DNA from: Flavobacteriaceae bacterium
Lineage (GTDB): Bacteria; Bacteroidota; Bacteroidia; Flavobacteriales; Flavobacteriaceae
Length of the DNA: 32,000 nucleotides
Assembly: GCA_965224465.1 (NCBI GenBank)
Contig: OZ245049.1
Location: 1,800,001 to 1,832,000 of the forward strand
Reading direction: 5' to 3'
The notes beneath the pieces are model-generated. The model did no database searches. It saw only the letters and a list, made by a program, of their open reading frames with translations, and was not told where the DNA came from. The position numbers and the translations under genes are program-made. Positions 25,299 to 32,000 of the stretch are shown piece after piece (position 1 is the first letter of the stretch; every line of letters begins with the position of its first letter).

Positions 25299-26825
25299 AT
25301 GAATTCTAACAAAACAGCTAAATCGGCTTTGATTTCCGTTTTTCACAAAGATGGCTTGGAACCAATTATTCGCAAATTTGATGCATTAGGCATTACCATG
25401 TATTCTACAGGGGGAACCGAAAAATTTATCAAAGATTTAGGATGTAATGTAATTGCAGTCGAAGATATCACTACATACCCATCTATTTTAGGGGGGCGTG
25501 TAAAAACATTACACCCAAGTGTATTTGGAGGGATTTTAAACAGAAGAGATCACGAAGGCGATAAAGCACAAATAAAAGAATTCAATATTCCTGAAATTGA
25601 CATCGTAATAGTGGATTTATACCCCTTCGAAAAAACGGTAGCCAGCGATGCAACAGAGGCAGACATCATTGAAAAAATTGACATTGGAGGAATTTCTTTG
25701 ATACGAGCAGCAGCTAAAAACTTTAAAGATGTGATTTGTGTATCCTCTATGGATCAATACGAATCGTTTTTAAATATAATTTCTGACACTAACGGAACCA
25801 CAAATATAGAACAAAGAAAAACTTTTGCGGCAAAAGCATTTAATGTTTCTAGTAATTATGACACCGCTATTTTCAATTACTTAAACAAAGAAGAAACGCC
25901 TTTAAAAGTTAGTTTTACAGAGTCTAGTACTCTTAGATATGGCGAAAACCCACATCAAAAAGGAATTTTTTACGGAAATCTAGATGCTATTTTCGATAAA
26001 TTACACGGAAAAGAATTATCTTACAATAACTTACTAGATGTAGATGCAGCGGTAAATCTAATGAGTGAATTTAAAAACGACCTTCCTACATTTGCTATTT
26101 TAAAACACAATAATGCCTGTGGAGTTGCACAACGTGATACTCTAAAACAAGCTTATTTGGATGCATTGGCAGGAGATCCTGTTTCTGCTTTTGGAGGCGT
26201 ATTAATTTCCAATAAAAAAATTGACATCGCTACGGCAAAAGAAATCCATTCTCTATTTTGCGAAGTAGTTATTGCTCCTTCTTATGAAGACGAAGCATTG
26301 GTTATTTTAAAAGGAAAAAAGAATAGAATTCTCTTAATCCAAAAGGAAGTAACATTACCAAAAACTCAGTATAGAACAGCACTTAATGGTGTTTTATTTC
26401 AAAATAAAGACTTTATTACAGATGCAAAATCTGATTTAAAAACAGCCACTAAATTACATCCATCAGAAGCTGATATTAGCGATTTACTCTTTGCATCAAA
26501 AATATGCAAACACACAAAATCCAACACAATTGTATTGGCTAAAAACAAGCAATTATTTGCATGTGGAACAGGTCAAACATCAAGAGTAGACGCATTAAAT
26601 CAAGCTATTGAAAAAGCGAGTTCTTTTAATTTTGATTTAAAAAATGCGGTGATGGCTAGTGATGCATTCTTTCCATTCCCTGACTGTGTAGAAATAGCAG
26701 GCAACGCTGGAATAAATACTGTAATTCAACCAGGAGGGTCAATTAAGGACCAATTATCGATAGATTATTGCGATAAAAATAAAATTTCCATGGTATTTAC
26801 CGGAACACGTCATTTCAAGCATTAA
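25299..26825 (+). CDS. purH: Bifunctional AICAR transformylase / IMP cyclohydrolase PurH
   Basis: ALISVFHKDGL...STGGT...LGGRVKTLHP (MGS-like IMPCH domain), then the AICARFT domain (YGENPHQ, KHNNACG). 508 aa. Confidence 0.93.
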   Translation: MNSNKTAKSALISVFHKDGLEPIIRKFDALGITMYSTGGTEKFIKDLGCNVIAVEDITTYPSILGGRVKTLHPSVFGGILNRRDHEGDKAQIKEFNIPEIDIVIVDLYPFEKTVASDATEADIIEKIDIGGISLIRAAAKNFKDVICVSSMDQYESFLNIISDTNGTTNIEQRKTFAAKAFNVSSNYDTAIFNYLNKEETPLKVSFTESSTLRYGENPHQKGIFYGNLDAIFDKLHGKELSYNNLLDVDAAVNLMSEFKNDLPTFAILKHNNACGVAQRDTLKQAYLDALAGDPVSAFGGVLISNKKIDIATAKEIHSLFCEVVIAPSYEDEALVILKGKKNRILLIQKEVTLPKTQYRTALNGVLFQNKDFITDAKSDLKTATKLHPSEADISDLLFASKICKHTKSNTIVLAKNKQLFACGTGQTSRVDALNQAIEKASSFNFDLKNAVMASDAFFPFPDCVEIAGNAGINTVIQPGGSIKDQLSIDYCDKNKISMVFTGTRHFKH

Positions 26826-26831
26826 TTTTAC

Positions 26832-26839
26832 TAACTTTG
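26832..26839 (+). promoter_or_regulatory. Candidate -7 box (TAACTTTG) for the mreBCD-mrdA-rodA cluster
   Basis: Exact TAnnTTTG, 38 nt upstream of the mreB ATG. No clear -33 TTG at the expected spacing. Confidence 0.35.
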
Positions 26840-26877
26840 TAGAAAAGCGTTAAAAATTTAAAATACGAATATAGCAT

Positions 26878-27906
26878 ATGGGTTTTTTTGACTTTATGAC
26901 CGAAGAAATTGCAATAGATTTAGGTACTGCAAACACTCTTATAATACACGACGGAAAAGTTGTTGTAGATTCACCTTCAATAGTTGCTCGAGATCGAACT
27001 ACCGGAAAAATAATTGCCACTGGAAAAGAAGCCAGTTTGATGCAAGGGAAAACTCATGAAAACATCAAAACGATTCGCCCCCTAAAAGATGGTGTAATCG
27101 CAGATTTTGAAGCTTCGGAACAAATGATAAAGGAATTTATCAAAAACATTCCAAGCATTAAAAAGAAGTTTTTCACACCCTCTCTGCGCATGGTAATTTG
27201 TATTCCTTCGGGGATTACAGAAGTAGAAAAACGTGCGGTTCGTGATTCAGCAGAACACATGAACGCCAAAGAAATCTATTTAATATACGAACCAATGGCA
27301 GCTGCTATTGGAATCGGAATAGACATTACCCAACCAAAAGGGAATATGATTATTGATATAGGTGGTGGTACTACAGAGATAGCTGTCATCGCATTGGGAG
27401 GAATTGTTTGTGATAAATCTGTAAAGGTTGCTGGAGATGTATTCACTTCAGACATTGCATATTATATGCGTACTCAACACAATTTATATGTAGGAGAACG
27501 TACCTCTGAAAAAGTTAAGATACAAGTAGGTGCTGCAACAGAGGATTTAGATACACCTCCAGATGACATGCTAGTACAGGGGAGAGACTTACTCAGTGGA
27601 AAACCAAAACAGGTACAAGTTTCTTATCGTGAAATAGCCAAAGCACTAGACAAATCAATTCTAAGAATTGAGGACGCTGTAATGGAAACCTTGTCTCGCA
27701 CTCCTCCGGAATTAGCTGCGGATATTTATAAGACGGGAATCTATTTAGCTGGAGGAGGATCTATGCTAAGAGGATTAGATAAACGTTTGTCTCGAAAAAC
27801 AGATTTACCCGTATATGTAGCAGAAGATCCATTAAGGGCCGTGGTACGAGGAACAGGAATCGCTTTAAAAGATTTAAAAAAATACCAAAATATATTAATG
27901 AAATAA
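26878..27906 (+). CDS. mreB: Rod shape-determining actin homolog MreB
   Basis: IAIDLGTANTLI, DIGGGTTEIAVI and LAGGGSMLRGLD are actin-fold phosphate and adenosine motifs. 342 aa. Confidence 0.95.
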   Translation: MGFFDFMTEEIAIDLGTANTLIIHDGKVVVDSPSIVARDRTTGKIIATGKEASLMQGKTHENIKTIRPLKDGVIADFEASEQMIKEFIKNIPSIKKKFFTPSLRMVICIPSGITEVEKRAVRDSAEHMNAKEIYLIYEPMAAAIGIGIDITQPKGNMIIDIGGGTTEIAVIALGGIVCDKSVKVAGDVFTSDIAYYMRTQHNLYVGERTSEKVKIQVGAATEDLDTPPDDMLVQGRDLLSGKPKQVQVSYREIAKALDKSILRIEDAVMETLSRTPPELAADIYKTGIYLAGGGSMLRGLDKRLSRKTDLPVYVAEDPLRAVVRGTGIALKDLKKYQNILMK

Positions 27907-27926
27907 TTTTATTACTCTAAGATTTT

Positions 27927-28754
27927 ATGCAGCAGATTATTTACTTTCTTAGAAAATATAGGTATTTTTTGCTCTTTACAATCTTAGAGTTAATAGCCTT
28001 ACTTTTTACCATTCAAAGTCATTCATTTCACAAAAGTAAATTCGTGAATTCCGCAACTTCAATTACTGGAGGAGTGTATACTCAGGTGAGTAATATTAAC
28101 GAGTTTTTTATCTTAAAAAAAGAAAACAAAATTCTTGCAGAAGAGAACAACCGACTCAAAAACATATTGAGTAAACACCTTCTTTTGGGAACAGATACAA
28201 CTGTAATTGACAGCTTAACTATACCGTATAAATACAAGTATACTGCTGCAAAAATCATAAAAAACGACTACAGTAAAATCAATAATTTTATTACCATAGA
28301 CAAAGGAAGCTCTAGCGGAATAAAGAGTGATATGGGAGTGATTAATACAAAAGGGATCATAGGCATCGTAAAAAACGTATCTAATAAATACGCCACTATA
28401 TTATCTATTTTAAATTCCTACTCCAAGTTAAACGTACGGCTTAAAAACAACAATTATTTTGGCACCCTTATATGGAACGGCAACTATTACAACACCGTAC
28501 AGCTTATTGATATCCCTAGGCAGGCCAATCTAAAAATAGGAGACACCATTATTACAGGCGGACGATCTGCTATTTTTCCAGAAGGAATTATGGTTGGAAC
28601 AATCAAAGATTTCCGATTTGAAGACACTAAATTTACAGAAATAAACATTACATTATTTAACGACATGAGTACCTTAGGCTATGTTCAAATTATTGAAAAT
28701 AGAGAACGAAATGAGCAACAACTATTAGAAGAACAAGCAACGAATGAATACTAA
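27927..28754 (+). CDS. mreC: Rod shape-determining protein MreC
   Basis: N-terminal TM helix, a coiled segment (LKKENKILAEENNRLKN) and a beta-barrel domain (GDTIITGGRSAIFPEGIMVGTI). Sits between mreB and mreD. Confidence 0.88.
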   Translation: MQQIIYFLRKYRYFLLFTILELIALLFTIQSHSFHKSKFVNSATSITGGVYTQVSNINEFFILKKENKILAEENNRLKNILSKHLLLGTDTTVIDSLTIPYKYKYTAAKIIKNDYSKINNFITIDKGSSSGIKSDMGVINTKGIIGIVKNVSNKYATILSILNSYSKLNVRLKNNNYFGTLIWNGNYYNTVQLIDIPRQANLKIGDTIITGGRSAIFPEGIMVGTIKDFRFEDTKFTEINITLFNDMSTLGYVQIIENRERNEQQLLEEQATNEY

Positions 28755-29250
28755 TTTATTTAAAATTCTTTTTCAATTTATTGGACTCATCCTCCTACAA
28801 GTTGTTCTGTTTAATAACATTCGTTTGTTTGGCTATGTAAATCCTTATATTTATGTAGCATGGGTTCTAGTATACCCTCTTAAAAACGAACGCAGTCTGT
28901 TCTTATTTCTTAGTTTTTTACTTGGACTTAGCATTGATTTCTTTTCCAACTCGGGGGGTATAAATGCCGCTGCACTCTTATTTGTGGCCTATATTAGATT
29001 ACCACTCCTTACATCATTACTCAGAAAAGTAGATTTAGACTTTTTGCTTTTTCATGTTTCCAACATGCCATTTGTTAAACTATTCACATATATCAGTATA
29101 CTCGTATTCTCACACCACCTTGTATTATTTAGTTTTGAATACTTTAGCTTTTATAATATTGGAATGATGCTAAAACACACGGTACTTTCAAGTGTTTTCA
29201 CAATTGCGATACTATTTATAGGAATTCAACTATTCAGTTCCAATAAATAA
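28744..29250 (+). CDS. mreD: Rod shape-determining protein MreD
   Basis: 168-aa polytopic membrane protein that overlaps the mreC end by 11 nt. Canonical position. Confidence 0.75.
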   Translation: MNTNLFKILFQFIGLILLQVVLFNNIRLFGYVNPYIYVAWVLVYPLKNERSLFLFLSFLLGLSIDFFSNSGGINAAALLFVAYIRLPLLTSLLRKVDLDFLLFHVSNMPFVKLFTYISILVFSHHLVLFSFEYFSFYNIGMMLKHTVLSSVFTIAILFIGIQLFSSNK

Positions 29251-29319
29251 TACGAATATCAATAAAAAAACGTTTAAAACTTTAAGCATCTTTTTTAAAA
29301 GAATAACAATTACTTTATA

Positions 29320-31197
29320 ATGAACAGAAAATTTTTACTTTATGCAATTATCATACTTACGGGTCTTGTATACATCGGTAAATTATTTTTTTTACAAGTA
29401 TATCAACATCGTTTTTCAGATTCTCCATTGAACAATGCTGCGATTAAAACAAAGTATGAATATCCAGACCGTGGATATATTTACGATAGAAATGGAACGC
29501 TACTTGTGGCAAACCAACTGTCCTATGACATTATGGTAATTCCACGAGAAGTAAGAGCATTAGATACCTTAGAATTTTGTTCACTCCTAGATATAGACAA
29601 AAAAAGTTTCTTAAAACGATTGGGAAAGGCCAAAAAATATTCACCTAGAATACCTTCGCGATTTTTACAGCAATTATCTAAAGATGACTATGCTTATTTA
29701 CAAGAAAAAATGCATAAGTTTAAAGGTTTTTTTATTCAAAAAAGATCTATTAGACAGTACCCCATTAAGTCTGCGGCAAATGTATTGGGCTATATCAGCG
29801 AGGTGAATGAAGGATTTTTAAAGAAAAATAAATACTACCATCAAAGCGAACTTATAGGAACCCTTGGAGTAGAAAAAACATATGAAAAAATACTCCGTGG
29901 AACCAAAGGGAAATCATATATCCAACGCAATCGGTTTAACAAAGAAATTGGATCTTATAAAAACGGAATTTATGACACCTTAGCCCAATCAGGAAAAGAC
30001 CTAACATTAACCATAGATTCTGATTTACAACAATACGGCGAATTATTAATGCATAATAAGCGCGGCGGAATCGTAGCCATAGAACCTGCTACAGGTGAGA
30101 TTTTAGCAATGATTACCGCACCCTCCTACGACCCTAACCTAATGGTAGGAAGAGGGCGGTCAAAAAACTCCGTATTATTATTTGGTGACACCATCAACAG
30201 GCCTATGTATGACAGAGGTTTACAAGCAATGTACCCGCCAGGATCCCCCTTTAAAATAATCTCTGCGTTGGTTGCATTACAAGAAGGCGTGATTACTACA
30301 GAGAGTTATGTAAAATGTTATCACGGTTACAGGTACGGTAGCAGAAGTAAAGCCTTTATGAAATGTCACTGTGGAATGGTTGGAATCCCCGTAAGACTCA
30401 ATGAAGCCATCTACAGATCCTGCAATACCTATTTTTCTACTGCATATCGAAAATCTATCGAAAAATACGACACTCCTTCACTAGGTATGGATGCATGGAA
30501 CAAGCATGTTACAAGTTTTGGTCTAGGTAATTATTTTGGAAACGACTTATCGGTGGGACAAAAAGGACTCATTCCTAACTCAAAATATTACAAAAAATAT
30601 TATCCAAGAGGAGGATGGAGAGCTGTAACTACCATCTCAAATGCGATAGGTCAAGGAGAAATATTAACAACACCTTTACAACTAGCAAACCTTACGGCTA
30701 CAGTTGCCAACAGAGGGTTTTACTACACGCCTCATATTGTAAAAAAGATTAAAGACATGAAAGTTGACAAGAAGTTTGTCACAAAAAACTTCACTTCTAT
30801 AGATAAAAAATATTTTGATCCAGTTATTGAAGGCCTCTTTAATGTTTTTGAAAACCCAAGAGGAACAGCTAGAGCTTCTAAAGTCTATGGCATAGAAATT
30901 TGCGGAAAAACAGGGACTTCAGAAAACTATAAGAAAATTAATGGAGTTCGAACAAAATTAACAGATCACTCCATTTTTATAGCATTTGCTCCTAAAGACA
31001 ACCCTAAAATTGCCTTAGCTGTATTTGTAGAAAATGGATATTGGGGATCTAGATGGGCAGGTCCCATTGCTAGTTTAATGATTGAAAGATATTTGACAGG
31101 AGGAACAAAAAGACCTGCTGTTGAACAAAGAATGATACTTGGAAGTCTGCAACATGAATATGAAAAACAATTAATCCACAAACAAATTGAGAAGTAG
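29320..31197 (+). CDS. mrdA: Penicillin-binding protein 2 (elongasome transpeptidase)
   Basis: N-terminal TM anchor, PBP dimerisation domain, and transpeptidase motifs SPFK (SxxK), SCN-like SNA and KTGT. 625 aa. Confidence 0.9.
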   Translation: MNRKFLLYAIIILTGLVYIGKLFFLQVYQHRFSDSPLNNAAIKTKYEYPDRGYIYDRNGTLLVANQLSYDIMVIPREVRALDTLEFCSLLDIDKKSFLKRLGKAKKYSPRIPSRFLQQLSKDDYAYLQEKMHKFKGFFIQKRSIRQYPIKSAANVLGYISEVNEGFLKKNKYYHQSELIGTLGVEKTYEKILRGTKGKSYIQRNRFNKEIGSYKNGIYDTLAQSGKDLTLTIDSDLQQYGELLMHNKRGGIVAIEPATGEILAMITAPSYDPNLMVGRGRSKNSVLLFGDTINRPMYDRGLQAMYPPGSPFKIISALVALQEGVITTESYVKCYHGYRYGSRSKAFMKCHCGMVGIPVRLNEAIYRSCNTYFSTAYRKSIEKYDTPSLGMDAWNKHVTSFGLGNYFGNDLSVGQKGLIPNSKYYKKYYPRGGWRAVTTISNAIGQGEILTTPLQLANLTATVANRGFYYTPHIVKKIKDMKVDKKFVTKNFTSIDKKYFDPVIEGLFNVFENPRGTARASKVYGIEICGKTGTSENYKKINGVRTKLTDHSIFIAFAPKDNPKIALAVFVENGYWGSRWAGPIASLMIERYLTGGTKRPAVEQRMILGSLQHEYEKQLIHKQIEK

Positions 31198-32000
31198 AAA
31201 AACAAATGTATTTTCCGGGATTGACTGGCTGTTAATTTTTATCTATCTAAGTCTCGTATTCCTAGGCTGGTTAAATATTTATTCAGTAACCATAACGGAT
31301 GAAGATTTAAGTTTACTAAATTTAACCACAGGGTATGGAAAACAAAGTCTTTGGATTTTGTTATGCTTTCCAATTATCGTAATCGTTTTAATGCTCGATG
31401 TTAAATTCTATGAAAAATTTGGAGCTATTATATACATGGTCGCATTGCTCTCTTTAATCGGTCTTTTTATTTTCGGGAAAAACATAAACGGAGCCACTTC
31501 GTGGTATGCCTTAGGTAGTTTTACGCTCCAACCTTCCGAATTTATGAAGGCAGCAACGGCATTAGCCATGGCAAAATTAGTCAGTGATAAACAATTTAAT
31601 TTAAAAAACCCCAAACAACAATTACAAGCCATTTTAATTTTGGTGTTACCTGCACTTTTAATTACTTTTCAACCAGATCCAGGATCCGCATTGGTATACA
31701 TTTCTTTCTTTCTAGTACTCTATCGTGAAGGTTTACCGATGTACTATATAAGTATAGGAGTTATAGCGATTGTTTTGTTTTTACTAACATTGACTTTTGG
31801 GTCAAGCACTACATCCATAAGCTTATTTCTTCTTTTTATTACGCTCATTATTTATTTATCTATTAAAAGGCAAAAACTTCTTAAACGAGGGTGGCCAGCA
31901 ATAACATTTGTTTACCTTTTAGCTACGCTGTATATTTTTGGTTGTAATTTAGTATTCAACCATGTATTACAGCAACGCCATAGAGATCGATTTAATATTG
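31187..32000 (+). CDS. rodA: Rod shape-determining protein RodA (SEDS family), N-terminal 271 codons; TTG start; runs off the window
   Basis: Absent from the ORF track because there is no stop in the window. The frame is open from 31175. It translates as (TTG)M-RSRKTNVFSGIDWLLIFIYLSLVFLGWLNIYSV...GATSWYALGSFTLQPSEFMKAATALAMAK...FQPDPGSALVY..., which is RodA/FtsW-type. TTG at 31187 is the only canonical start before the conserved N-terminus. Confidence 0.85.
   Translation, partial: MRSRKTNVFSGIDWLLIFIYLSLVFLGWLNIYSVTITDEDLSLLNLTTGYGKQSLWILLCFPIIVIVLMLDVKFYEKFGAIIYMVALLSLIGLFIFGKNINGATSWYALGSFTLQPSEFMKAATALAMAKLVSDKQFNLKNPKQQLQAILILVLPALLITFQPDPGSALVYISFFLVLYREGLPMYYISIGVIAIVLFLLTLTFGSSTTSISLFLLFITLIIYLSIKRQKLLKRGWPAITFVYLLATLYIFGCNLVFNHVLQQRHRDRFNI

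Overview
AT-rich chromosomal core region that looks like Bacteroidota, family Flavobacteriaceae. The assignment rests on the gldK-gldL-gldM-gldN gliding/T9SS operon, on TAnnTTTG-type -7 boxes in place of sigma-70 -10 boxes, and on the absence of Shine-Dalgarno sites. Gene order is: ygiQ-like radical SAM gene (partial) | secreted LTXXQ protein | minus-strand block of ABC-F ATPase, ACC-deaminase-family PLP enzyme and GH73+LysM murein hydrolase | DUF983 | FAD oxidoreductase | gldN-M-L-K | arginase-fold protein | topA | miaB, sigma-54 activator, lptE, unknown, secG | groES-groEL | two small secreted Cys-rich paralogs | GAF (fRMsr-like) | purH | mreB-mreC-mreD-mrdA-rodA (rodA partial). I found no tRNA, rRNA, CRISPR array, transposase, integrase or phage genes. 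Most of the window is housekeeping. The parts worth a second look are: (1) a tandem pair of secreted Cys-rich proteins sharing a CPMKCE...CPVCKMDLK four-Cys module, with no transporter nearby; (2) a near-consensus sigma-54 -24/-12 promoter in front of groESL, close to a sensor-less sigma-54 activator; (3) an arginase-fold protein with degenerate Mn ligands just upstream of gldKLMN; (4) a perfect 29-nt inverted repeat pair bracketing a 6-kb block; (5) a 4 x 9-nt tandem repeat in the gldK-gldL spacer. Five long ORFs in the supplied track have shorter true starts. Two edge genes (ygiQ, rodA) are missing from the track because they have no stop in the window.
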